Positions 7,673-15,787 of a DNA stretch of 32,000 bases are shown one piece after another. The DNA comes from Candidatus Syntropharchaeum caldarium. GTDB lineage: Archaea; Halobacteriota; Syntropharchaeia; Syntropharchaeales; Syntropharchaeaceae. Location of the stretch: NCBI GenBank assembly GCA_001766815.1, contig LYOS01000001.1, forward strand, positions 450,001 to 482,000, given 5' to 3'. Below the pieces are notes generated by a model, which made no database searches, had not been told where the DNA came from, and saw only the letters and a list, made by a program, of their open reading frames with translations. How positions within the stretch are numbered: the stretch's first letter is position 1; each line of letters opens with the position of its first letter. The position numbers and the translations under genes are program-made.

Positions 7673-8500
7673 ATGAAAACAATGGATAGTAAAAGAGGGT
7701 TGGCGGGCTTAACCGTATCCCTATTAATATTCAGTCTATTCGTAACTCTTGGCATAAGCACGGTAGCAGCAACGGCACCCAGCGTCTCTATTGACCCAGC
7801 GTTGACAGAGAACCTCTGCCCGGGTGATACATTCCATGTAACAGTCACGGTGAACTCATCCACATACAACCTCAGGGCAGTTTCGATGGATCTTGTCTAT
7901 AACTCGACCGTCCTGCAGGTGAACGAGATCACAGTTAGCGGCCCCTTCACATCGTACCTCACAGAGCCAGGCAGTGGTGACGACGGTGCTGGAACAATCC
8001 ACTATGGCATAGCGAATACTGAGGGAACATACAGACCATCTGCTGGAACTTTCATAACTGTAGAGTTTGAGGTGAAGGCAGGTGCCGCTGACGGAAACTA
8101 CGCGCTTGCTTTACAGAATGTCGTGCTCAAAGACGAGAATAATGATGTTATTCCAGGTGTTACGGTAACCGATGGTGAGGGTGTGGTGGAATGTAATGCT
8201 ATATCACCCACCGCTACAGCCAATGAGACCGCAAATGCGACAGCCACTGTTACAGCAACCCCCACAGCCAACGAAACCGCAAATGCGACAGCTACTCCAA
8301 CGGCAAACGCTACAGCCACCGCAACCGAGACCACAACGGCCACTGCAACACTGACAGAGATCCCCACCACAACAGCCACTGCCACAGAAACACCGGCAGA
8401 AACGCCAGAATCGACTGAGACGCCAGTTCAACCTGGATTCGGCATAGCTCTTCTCCTGATAGGGCTTGCAGCAGTCTACATATTAAAGCGAAAGAATTAA
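7673..8500 (+). CDS. Cell-surface anchor protein: signal peptide, single cohesin module, Thr/Ala/Asn glycosylation-type linker, PGF-CTERM sorting signal
   Basis: AAGGTG RBS 6 nt upstream of the ATG. The signal peptide is homologous to that of the scaffoldin. The cohesin module (PGDTFHVTVTV...LRAVSMDLVYN...GTFITVEFEVKAG...NVVLKDENNDVIPGVTVTDGEG) resembles the centre of scaffoldin copy 3. The C-terminus is PVQPGFGIALLLIGLAAVYILKRKN. Confidence 0.85.
   Translation: MKTMDSKRGLAGLTVSLLIFSLFVTLGISTVAATAPSVSIDPALTENLCPGDTFHVTVTVNSSTYNLRAVSMDLVYNSTVLQVNEITVSGPFTSYLTEPGSGDDGAGTIHYGIANTEGTYRPSAGTFITVEFEVKAGAADGNYALALQNVVLKDENNDVIPGVTVTDGEGVVECNAISPTATANETANATATVTATPTANETANATATPTANATATATETTTATATLTEIPTTTATATETPAETPESTETPVQPGFGIALLLIGLAAVYILKRKN
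8420..8497 (+). other. PGF-CTERM archaeosortase (ArtA-type) recognition signal
   Basis: The PGF tripeptide (codons 8432-8440) is followed by a hydrophobic helix and a basic tail (KRKN) at the extreme C-terminus, after a Thr-rich linker. This is the established PGF-CTERM architecture. Confidence 0.8.
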
Positions 8501-8573
8501 GTTTGGGTTGGGTATTTTATCCATCCCTTGCCCTTTATTTTTACTTACCCATACAGAGCGGGAAGTGAACATT

Positions 8574-8587
8574 AAAAAATAAAAAAA
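8574..8587 (-). terminator. Oligo-T termination tract downstream of hsp20
   Basis: The minus strand reads TTTTTTTATTTTTT beginning 11 nt after the hsp20 stop. Confidence 0.5.
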
Positions 8588-8597
8588 GATGGGGGGT

Positions 8598-9032
8598 CTA
8601 TTTAACCTCAATTCGCTTGACTTCAGGAGCCTCTGTTTTGGGCATCTCAATCTTCAGAACCCCATTTTCAAAAGAAGCTTCAACCTTCTCGCTCTCAATC
8701 TCTGCCGGAAGCGGAATTGATCTGTAGTATCTCCTGTATGACCGTTCCTTCCTGATATATCCCTCTTCTTTCTTTTCCTCCTCGTGCTTTACCTCTGCAG
8801 AAATCTCAAGACGATCTCCTTTGATCTCGACATTGAGATCTTCCTTCGATATTCCCGGCATATCAGCCTTCAGGACCAACCTGTCATCTTTATCGATTAG
8901 ATCGATCGATGGCACCGCTGTTACAAGCTCTTCGCCTGGCACTGGCAGAAGTTTTGCGCCTTCGTAACCAATTTCACCAAATATATCATCCATCCATTCT
9001 CGCATTCGTCTGATCTCTTCAAACGGATCCAT
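8598..9032 (-). CDS. hsp20: Small heat-shock protein, Hsp20/alpha-crystallin family
   Basis: Alpha-crystallin domain pattern (DLIDKDDRLVLKADMPGISKEDLNVEIKGDRLEISAE...FENGVLKIEMPK). The start is set at ATG 9032 (MDPFEE...), preceded by AGGTGGG, rather than at the track's ATG 9056. Confidence 0.85.
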   Translation of the reverse strand: MDPFEEIRRMREWMDDIFGEIGYEGAKLLPVPGEELVTAVPSIDLIDKDDRLVLKADMPGISKEDLNVEIKGDRLEISAEVKHEEEKKEEGYIRKERSYRRYYRSIPLPAEIESEKVEASFENGVLKIEMPKTEAPEVKRIEVK

Positions 9033-9097
9033 GACCCACCTTCTATGAAACACCATTTTTTCACCTCCTTTCGGTTTTTCATATCAGAGATATGAAT

Positions 9098-9439
9098 TCA
9101 TCCTGCAACCTCATTACCAAACGTTATTCTACCATCTGCAAGATACTCACATGAGACATCAAGCACCTTATCTGATCCCGCGTCACCAGCGACGTGTATC
9201 GTCTCAACCGCGCACCCTTCCTCAATCAGGATCTTGATGGCACCCCAGAGATCACCTTCGAGCATGACCTGCATCCGTGAATCGGTTGCTATAACCTCCT
9301 TAAATCCATCTGTAAACCTACCAAGACGCGATAGAATCCGATCCATCATATCATCATCGATTCTACCTTTTGCAACGATCGTCTTCATCCTGCGCAATCC
9401 GGATCTTCTTCTCATCTGTACTAAATCTCGCATGCTCAT
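9098..9439 (-). CDS. Hypothetical 113-aa protein, first gene of the hsp20 operon
   Basis: Clean ORF on the same strand, 65 nt upstream of hsp20. No motif recognised. Confidence 0.5.
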   Translation of the reverse strand: MSMRDLVQMRRRSGLRRMKTIVAKGRIDDDMMDRILSRLGRFTDGFKEVIATDSRMQVMLEGDLWGAIKILIEEGCAVETIHVAGDAGSDKVLDVSCEYLADGRITFGNEVAG

Positions 9440-9518
9440 GATATATGAACCCCCATGCCTCCTACCTCTATTAAGTGCAGGGATTCCCTGCTAAATAATG
9501 CAATTCTCATACAATTCC

Positions 9519-9549
9519 TTTATATCTCTCAGTATCACAAAGATATAAA
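9519..9549. promoter_or_regulatory. Perfect 9-bp inverted repeat carrying two opposed TATA-like elements in the divergent intergenic region
   Basis: tttatatct (9519-9527) and agatataaa (9541-9549) are exact reverse complements separated by 13 nt. They lie between the divergent genes 9098-9439 (-) and 9677-10669 (+). Confidence 0.35.
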
Positions 9550-9676
9550 TTGAATTGAGAATGGGGTGTTATAAATGTGTTCACCACCCTAATCGGCATT
9601 CAAAAGATTCTAAACCCTTTTTTCCTTTGTGGATGCACGATAGGTTTATTAGTGTTAAGTGAAATTGTAAGTTAGT

Positions 9677-10669
9677 GTGAACTCAATGCAACGAAAGAAC
9701 ATTTCATTGACCGATGATCACATCAAGATGCTCGAACCGTTCATCAAGGAGCACGAGGGTAACATCTCCGCCGCGATAAGATCCGTGATAGAGATCGCAT
9801 GCAAAAGATCACCATCTGTAGAGGGGCGCGAGTTAACACAGCTCCATCCTTTAATCGCAAGATGGCTGATCAAGAATTCGGCTGGATGCGTTCCAGATCC
9901 AGATGCCATAAAAGAACTCATGTGTGAGCTTGGTTATCTTAACGGGCATACATCAACCGATGATGTCTGTAGGGGATTATGTAACATAGTCGATACCGCT
10001 GGTTTTAATGTTGAGATGGAGGTTATGGAGTGTGGGAAGAAAGGTATCCTTCTGAAGTTCAAGGGGCACGATCCACTCATGAATGAGTTTGTCGCAATGA
10101 TGATCTCCCTTGGTCTTGCATCTTTAGATCTCCCATACAGAATCAAATCAATAGATGAACCCTCGACACTGATGAAGATAGCCTATGAGAGGGGAGCGGG
10201 GGCATACGAGCGTGTGGTCGAGCACTTTGGCTACAACCAGTTCTTCTGCGATGAACTTAAAAACAGGTGGGAGTGGTGGAAGTGGGTTGTCGAGACATCA
10301 GCGATGCTCAACTACAAAATGATCTTCATAACTGAGACCGTTCTTGAGAATCTCATCCAGGGTAAGAGTTGTCCAGGTGGTGTAACATACATTGAGCGAA
10401 AGAGCGGAAAGTACTGTAAGGAAATACCGTTTGATGAGTTTTTTCTGCTTCTTCGAGAGCTGTTTAAGAATGCCCGAATAATTGATGAAATGACATATCA
10501 TGAAGATAGTGGTGAGATACTGATCTATCACAACTTCCGTGATCCTGTGGTGATAGAACAGATCGCAGAATGGATCGAAAATCTGATAAAGATCCACTGG
10601 CCGAATCTTGAACACGAGACATCCGCGCAAACAACGGTCTTCAGAAGGATTGAAGATGCAGAAGATTGA
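9677..10669 (+). CDS. Hypothetical protein with a probable N-terminal ribbon-helix-helix DNA-binding motif
   Basis: RKNISLTDDHIKMLEPFIKEHEGNISAAIRSVIEIA fits a strand-helix-GxS/T-helix RHH (CopG/Arc-like) pattern. The remaining roughly 280 aa are unassigned. The start is GTG 9677 or ATG 9686. Confidence 0.5.
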   Translation: MNSMQRKNISLTDDHIKMLEPFIKEHEGNISAAIRSVIEIACKRSPSVEGRELTQLHPLIARWLIKNSAGCVPDPDAIKELMCELGYLNGHTSTDDVCRGLCNIVDTAGFNVEMEVMECGKKGILLKFKGHDPLMNEFVAMMISLGLASLDLPYRIKSIDEPSTLMKIAYERGAGAYERVVEHFGYNQFFCDELKNRWEWWKWVVETSAMLNYKMIFITETVLENLIQGKSCPGGVTYIERKSGKYCKEIPFDEFFLLLRELFKNARIIDEMTYHEDSGEILIYHNFRDPVVIEQIAEWIENLIKIHWPNLEHETSAQTTVFRRIEDAED

Positions 10670-10724
10670 GCTTCTCAAGTTCTGGATGGGTAGATCTATA
10701 AGGCTTGAGTAGTATCTGGGAATT

Positions 10725-11486
10725 ATGTGTGCATCCTCAACAAAGAAATGGTTTGATGAGTGGGCAGACGAGTATGATGACATCCTTCCACGTGTTCGTG
10801 AGTACCAGAAACTTGTTGAAAGAATTGTTGAGTACGCCCGGGTAAGGAATGGAGACACGGTGCTTGATATCGGGTGTGGGACAGGATATTTGAGTTTGAA
10901 GCTCATGGATGTTGCAGCATGCAGGCTTGTTGCCGTTGATCTCTCATCCGAGATGCTGAAGGTCTTTAGAGAGAAGCTTTATCACCTTAGAGCAGAGGGT
11001 TATGATTTTTCTACCGGTATAGAACTTGGATCGGGTGATTGTCTCTCTCTGCCTTTTAAGGATGGGACATTTGATGTTATTACATCATCGGTTGTGATGC
11101 ACCACATTAAACCTGAAAAGAAACAAATCGCGTTGAGCGAGATCCACCGGGTTCTTAAGCCAGGTGGGAGATTTTTACTTGGTGAGCTGAACTTCGATGC
11201 AACAGGAGATCTGAATGATTCTGTGCGGCTTGAGCGAGTCATGGCAGGTCTTACAAAGGTACTCTCGACGATCGTGGCATCACTCGGTGCTGGTGTGCTC
11301 GATCGGATGTTTGATAACGCAAAACGCCATCTCCTCTGTGACGATGAGTATGCAATAACCATTGATATGTGGGAAAAACTCTCTATAGATGCCGGTTTTA
11401 ATCCCATCTGGCGCGAGGTGCTTCCATCTGGTGCATGGGGATTTTTATGCCTGGAGAAGGCTACCTGCACAAAGGAGCAGCCTTAA
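10725..11486 (+). CDS. Class I SAM-dependent methyltransferase
   Basis: Motif I VLDIGCGTGYLSLKL, then FDVITSSVVMHH and LKPGGRFLLGE (Methyltransf_11/UbiE-like pattern). Confidence 0.8.
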   Translation: MCASSTKKWFDEWADEYDDILPRVREYQKLVERIVEYARVRNGDTVLDIGCGTGYLSLKLMDVAACRLVAVDLSSEMLKVFREKLYHLRAEGYDFSTGIELGSGDCLSLPFKDGTFDVITSSVVMHHIKPEKKQIALSEIHRVLKPGGRFLLGELNFDATGDLNDSVRLERVMAGLTKVLSTIVASLGAGVLDRMFDNAKRHLLCDDEYAITIDMWEKLSIDAGFNPIWREVLPSGAWGFLCLEKATCTKEQP

Positions 11487-12049
11487 ATCAAAATTTTATC
11501 CCTCACCTCCCCAAATACCTCCTCAATGCTCCTGTTCCCATCTATAAATACGACGTTACCCTCTGCAACCTTCCTGAAGTTACGGGAGATCTTTTCAAGC
11601 TTCTCAAGCTCTTCGAATAACTCTATCCCATTATTTCGCTGCTTTATTCGCTCAAGCGATACTTCAGGCGGTGTCTCGATGACAAAGGTAAGATCAGGGG
11701 TTATAGAATACCGATTTATCATAACAACCCACTCAAGATCAAGCGTTAGCGACTGATACGCATAAGACGATAACCGATACCGATCAGAGATCACGATCTC
11801 TCCTTTCTCAATTCTCTCAACGATTATTTTCGTGTGCTCAACCCTGTCTGCTGCAAAGAGAAGTGCGAGTGTTGCATCACTCACCTCAATCTCCTTTCTC
11901 AGGACACGCCTGATTAACTTCCCAATCTCTCCTGTTGTGGGTTCTTTTGTGAGATATACGGTGTAACCCTTGCTTTCTAACCATTCTGCAAGGAGCTTAC
12001 TCTGTGTTGAGAGTCCTGAGCCATCTGTACCTTCAAATGCGATCAGCAT
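11483..12049 (-). CDS. tmk: Thymidylate (dTMP) kinase homologue with a non-canonical P-loop
   Basis: MLIAFEGTDGSGLSTQ...TKEPTTGEIGKLIR...FAADRVEH...SDRYRLSSYAYQ...PDLTFVIE matches the TMPK pattern. The start is set at ATG 12049. The track's upstream extension to 12232 overlaps the radical-SAM gene and is rejected. Confidence 0.75.
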   Translation of the reverse strand: MLIAFEGTDGSGLSTQSKLLAEWLESKGYTVYLTKEPTTGEIGKLIRRVLRKEIEVSDATLALLFAADRVEHTKIIVERIEKGEIVISDRYRLSSYAYQSLTLDLEWVVMINRYSITPDLTFVIETPPEVSLERIKQRNNGIELFEELEKLEKISRNFRKVAEGNVVFIDGNRSIEEVFGEVRDKILI

Positions 12050-13061
12050 AGATGCACCACGGCTCTTCTGCAAGATAACTCCCGTTGACCGCAAAAGCAC
12101 GCGCCCTGCAACCGCCACAGATCGTGTTATATCGGCATGATCCGCATCGCCCCTCAAGCAATTCTGGATCGCGAAGTTCCTTGAAGACCTCAGATTCTTT
12201 CCAGATCTCTTCAAAACCTGTTTCCCGCACATTTCCGACCTTTATCGGCAGATATGGGCATGGGTTCACATCACCATCTGGTTTTATCCTGCAGTAGGCT
12301 GTTGCAGCAAGGCATCCCTTTGTAAACCTCTTAATCTGCCAGTTGTCCTCACCACCACGCTGCATGGCAATCCGCATAAACTGAGGTGCACAAACCGCTT
12401 TAAGTTCAATCGGAAAGTCCTGACTCTTTTCATATAAAAATACAAGCATGTCTTCGTACTGCTGTGGCGTTACATCGATGACATCCTCTGCCCTTCCTGT
12501 CGGGACAAGGAAAAAGAGATGAAAAGCATCAGCTCCAAGATCAAGTACGAAATCCATCATATCAGGGATTTCTTCATAGTTATCCCTTGTGATGGTTGTG
12601 TGAACCTGAAAGCTCAAACCGCCCTCCTTACACGCCTTTGCACCACCAATCGCAGCAGCGTGTGAGCCTTCAAGCCCCCTGAAATGATCATGGATCGAGG
12701 GTGAGAGGGCATCGATACTGATCCCCACCCGTGCAACACCCGCGTTTTTGAGCTTTGAAACAACTTCGTCGGTGAGGAGGGTTCCATTTGTGCCCATAAC
12801 GATCCTCAAGCCCTTGGAGTTCCCGTAGGATGCGATCTCGTAGATATCCTTTCTCAGAAGTGGCTCACCACCGCTCAAGATCAAAATAGGCTTTGAGAAA
12901 GATGCAATATCATCGATCAGCCTGAATGCTTCATCGGTATTCAGTTCGTCAGGAGGTGCTTCACCAACTCCAACCGCATCGATGTAACAGTGATCACAGA
13001 ATAAGTTACACTCGTATGTTGTGTTCCATGAGATCAATCGTGGTAAAAACGTATCGTTCAT
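12033..13061 (-). CDS. Radical SAM enzyme with a C-terminal SPASM-type auxiliary-cluster domain (NirJ/AhbC/AhbD-like)
   Basis: CNLFCDHCY (CX3CX2C), GGEPLL, and a Cys-rich C-terminus (CPYLP...GRCGSCRYNTICGGCRARAF). The size and N-terminal pattern (LISWNTTYECNL) resemble the alternative-haem-pathway radical SAM enzymes. The specific assignment is unverified. Confidence 0.65.
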   Translation of the reverse strand: MNDTFLPRLISWNTTYECNLFCDHCYIDAVGVGEAPPDELNTDEAFRLIDDIASFSKPILILSGGEPLLRKDIYEIASYGNSKGLRIVMGTNGTLLTDEVVSKLKNAGVARVGISIDALSPSIHDHFRGLEGSHAAAIGGAKACKEGGLSFQVHTTITRDNYEEIPDMMDFVLDLGADAFHLFFLVPTGRAEDVIDVTPQQYEDMLVFLYEKSQDFPIELKAVCAPQFMRIAMQRGGEDNWQIKRFTKGCLAATAYCRIKPDGDVNPCPYLPIKVGNVRETGFEEIWKESEVFKELRDPELLEGRCGSCRYNTICGGCRARAFAVNGSYLAEEPWCIYADRI

Positions 13062-13067
13062 CTGTAA

Positions 13068-13616
13068 TCATAATCTGGCAAGAACGCCACCATTAACCGC
13101 TTCTGCAACCTCACGCCCCTTCATGATCTCAAGCAGCTTGAAAGCAAACTCCATCGCAGTTCCAGGTGAGCGGCTCGTCACAATCTTTCCGTCGACAACA
13201 ACTCGATCTTCACGATAATCGCCAGCGTCAATCTCATCCTTTACCGAGGGGTGACTTGTTGCAGAGACGTGCGCCAATATCTCAAGATCCGAGAGCGTCG
13301 TGGGCGCACCACAGATTGCAGCTATGATCTTGCCAGCCTCGTGCATCTGCTTTACCGCCTCACGAATCTTTGGATCATTCCTCAGATTGATGTAGCCTGG
13401 ATTTCCACCGGGCAGGACAATCGCATCAAAATCAAGTGGATTAATCGCATTTAAAACCGTATCTGCCATGACTTTGACGCCATGCGCAGCCTCAACGAGC
13501 TCAGTCTCACTGAGTGAAGCCGTCACAACCTCGATACCTCCACGACGCAGTATATCCACGACCGTAAGAGCTTCGATCTCCTCAAAACCTGGTGCAAGTG
13601 GCAATAAAACCTTCAT
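13068..13616 (-). CDS. DJ-1/PfpI (ThiJ) family protein
   Basis: MKVLLPLAPGFEEIEALTVVDILRRGG..., DAIVLPGG, and the nucleophile-elbow Cys in AAICGAP. Confidence 0.85.
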   Translation of the reverse strand: MKVLLPLAPGFEEIEALTVVDILRRGGIEVVTASLSETELVEAAHGVKVMADTVLNAINPLDFDAIVLPGGNPGYINLRNDPKIREAVKQMHEAGKIIAAICGAPTTLSDLEILAHVSATSHPSVKDEIDAGDYREDRVVVDGKIVTSRSPGTAMEFAFKLLEIMKGREVAEAVNGGVLARL

Positions 13617-13622
13617 CCTGCA

Positions 13623-14084
13623 TCACCTCATCTTCTTGAGAAGTTCATTGATTGCATCACCATGATAACCAAGTTCTCCTCCTTCTTTGAATGATCGCTT
13701 GATACCTTTGTGACCCTTTCTTGGAGGATGAAGCCTGAAAACAGGTTTTAATCCCGGTATATCCGTGATTTTTACTTTTTCTTCATATATAGACTTTGAA
13801 AGTTCTTCGATCGAGTTAAACTCGGTATTATCTCTTAGATATTCATCCGTGAGCCGACTTCCACCCTTGAGGCGTCCACGCAGTTGCAAGAGCCGTACAA
13901 TACTATCGAGACTAATTTCGCCCCATGCAACGTAGTTTGTAACCTTTTTGATCATGCCAAGATAGTGCACATCATCTGGCAGCAGGACGCAATGGTTAAT
14001 CCTGTGTAGCCGCAGCATCTTCAGTGTATCACGGATCTCGGGCCTTAAGCCCACATCACCTCTCAGTCTTACAACCGCATACAT
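13623..14084 (-). CDS. rpl30p: 50S ribosomal protein L30 (uL30), archaeal long form
   Basis: MYAVVRLRGDVGLRPEIRDTLKMLRLHRINHCVLLP. The start is set at ATG 14084, preceded by GAGGAGAGG. Confidence 0.9.
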   Translation of the reverse strand: MYAVVRLRGDVGLRPEIRDTLKMLRLHRINHCVLLPDDVHYLGMIKKVTNYVAWGEISLDSIVRLLQLRGRLKGGSRLTDEYLRDNTEFNSIEELSKSIYEEKVKITDIPGLKPVFRLHPPRKGHKGIKRSFKEGGELGYHGDAINELLKKMR

Positions 14085-14092
14085 GCCTCTCC

Positions 14093-14746
14093 TCACACCT
14101 TCATTGTAACCGTTGCTTTTAGTGCATCAAACGTTGCCATCGCGAAGTTCAGAGTTGTCCGTTCCTGTCCTCCTGAGTATGTCCAGACATCGTCGATTCC
14201 AGCAAGCTTCAGAACTTTCTGGGGTGTCTCACCACATACAAGCCCAAGTCCTTTTGGTGCAGACTTCAGAACGATTTTTACGCTCCCAGCCTTTCCCGTG
14301 ACTTCGAATGGCACGGTATGAGGATCTCCGCATCCGCATTCCCATGAGCCGCATCCTCGCCTTATTTTTATCAAATTGAGCTTTGCAGCTTTCGCAGCCT
14401 TTGCAATTGCAGGTCCAACCTGCAGATCCTTTGTCTGTGCAACCCCGACATATCCGTCTTCATTCCCGACAACGACACAGACCCTGAATTTAACTCTTCT
14501 GCCCGAGTCTGTCATTCGCTGTACCATATTGATATCAATCACGTCTTCTTTAACATCAGGGAGGAGTGTATCGATGATCTCGGATTCCCTGATCGGAAGG
14601 CCAGAATTTAATGCATCATCAATTGTATCGATCTTACCAGCTTTAACCAGCTTACCAAGTTTTGTTTTCGGAACCCAATCTGATAGATCCACATTGCTCG
14701 CACGGCTTCCATTTTGCCGCCCTTTACCTCGTTTACCTCGCGCCAT
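14093..14746 (-). CDS. rps5p: 30S ribosomal protein S5 (uS5)
   Basis: [11 protein letters not shown]...[29 protein letters not shown]...; position between L18 and L30. Confidence 0.9.
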   Translation of the reverse strand: MARGKRGKGRQNGSRASNVDLSDWVPKTKLGKLVKAGKIDTIDDALNSGLPIRESEIIDTLLPDVKEDVIDINMVQRMTDSGRRVKFRVCVVVGNEDGYVGVAQTKDLQVGPAIAKAAKAAKLNLIKIRRGCGSWECGCGDPHTVPFEVTGKAGSVKIVLKSAPKGLGLVCGETPQKVLKLAGIDDVWTYSGGQERTTLNFAMATFDALKATVTMKV

Positions 14747-15257
14747 CTAAGATCACACCTTTCACACGATCAAAATTATCCGGCAGATCAACATATTTCT
14801 CAAGATATTCTGCGATTATTTCACCTCTAATTCTCGAATCATCTGGAAACATCTCTTCAGAACATGGCACATGAAGCCCCGCATCGATCGCACCCTTGGC
14901 AGCAGCATAAACCTTTGCCCCTTTCGATGATGTTGCAAGTCCGATATCGAGTATCGCCTCCTCAAAACCAGCTTTTTTTGCTCGCACTCCGAACAACAAT
15001 CCTGTCAGATAAGCTGCTGGTGTATTTCCGCAGTGTCCCTCATATCCAAGCTTTAAAAGCTCGTTAGCCCGTGCAGAGACATGAGTAATATCACCCACAT
15101 TATCAAAAACCACCAGCTGGATTGTGATTCCATTGTTGCTCCGTCTTACCACCATCCTTGGTTTTTTTGAAACTAAAAGCCGCAACCTTCCATGATAATT
15201 CGTCTTTCCTTCGCGCCGTCTTCTGAACGGAACTTTATATCTTGGGCCTCTTGCCAT
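14733..15257 (-). CDS. rpl18p: 50S ribosomal protein L18 (uL18)
   Basis: [28 protein letters not shown]...; conserved operon position. Confidence 0.9.
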   Translation of the reverse strand: MARGPRYKVPFRRRREGKTNYHGRLRLLVSKKPRMVVRRSNNGITIQLVVFDNVGDITHVSARANELLKLGYEGHCGNTPAAYLTGLLFGVRAKKAGFEEAILDIGLATSSKGAKVYAAAKGAIDAGLHVPCSEEMFPDDSRIRGEIIAEYLEKYVDLPDNFDRVKGVILDGAR

Positions 15258-15258
15258 T

Positions 15259-15708
15259 TTATACCTCTTTTCTATAACTCTCGATAAATGTTCTGAGATG
15301 GTTCAGATCCCTGAACTCTCCCCCTCCTGCTTTATTGTACAGCATCCTGTATGTGGTACGATCGATTGTGCCATCCTCACGCAGCTGTTTCAAAAACTTT
15401 CGCTGCGCACGAATCTTGACGATCCATCGCCTTTTTCTGGAAAGTCGTGCATATTTCGCCCCTTTTCTTTTACCATGCCCACTGCGATGGCCATAACTTC
15501 GTTTTTCATCTCTGATACGTGCCCGTCCTCTGCTAACACCCTTCACCGGTTTTCGCTTAATGATGCCTTCTGCTATAAGCCCCCGTATGTCTTCGCGGGT
15601 CACAGCCTCTGCGATCGTATCAGATTCTTCTGGATTTAGCCAGACACGCCCAGCTCCAACCCCAAGAACCTTTGCTGCCAGTCTTTTCTGATGCTGTAGG
15701 TCGGTCAT
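15259..15708 (-). CDS. rpl19e: 50S ribosomal protein L19e
   Basis: [25 protein letters not shown]...[36 protein letters not shown]. Confidence 0.9.
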   Translation of the reverse strand: MTDLQHQKRLAAKVLGVGAGRVWLNPEESDTIAEAVTREDIRGLIAEGIIKRKPVKGVSRGRARIRDEKRSYGHRSGHGKRKGAKYARLSRKRRWIVKIRAQRKFLKQLREDGTIDRTTYRMLYNKAGGGEFRDLNHLRTFIESYRKEV

Positions 15709-15736
15709 AAATACTCACATATTTCCCATGTCCAAT

Positions 15737-15745
15737 CTATATAAG
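15737..15745 (-). promoter_or_regulatory. TATA-like box for the L19e-L18-S5-L30 transcription unit
   Basis: The minus strand reads CTTATATAG, centred about 33 nt upstream of the L19e ATG. With the usual archaeal -26/-27 spacing this implies a very short or absent leader. A second A/T box (ttttataattta) lies in the loop between two CTGCAG hexamers at 15766-15793. Confidence 0.4.
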
Positions 15746-15787
15746 ATTTTCCGCACTGCAGGGGTTTTATAATTTATGCTGCAGCGA

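Noticed and set aside
8216-8400. Short acagcc/acNgcc periodicity considered as a non-coding microsatellite
   Set aside because: It lies inside an intact ORF and simply encodes the Thr/Ala/Asn stalk. It is discussed as a glycosylation linker instead.
9561-9614. 17-codon ORF (MGCYKCVHHPNRHSKDS) and a weak gggtg/caccc hairpin in the hsp20 divergent spacer
   Set aside because: The ORF is too short and lacks an RBS, and the stem is only 5 bp. This is indistinguishable from chance.
11483-11486. Convergent methyltransferase and tmk genes share a palindromic TTAA that supplies both stop codons
   Set aside because: The observation is real, but it is a common consequence of compact genomes. I can support no further functional implication.
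12050-12232. N-terminal extension of the tmk ORF (track start 12232)
   Set aside because: The extension overlaps the conserved Cys-rich C-terminus of the radical-SAM gene in another frame and is Arg/Ser-rich. The TMPK homology begins exactly at Met 12049 (MLIAFEG...).
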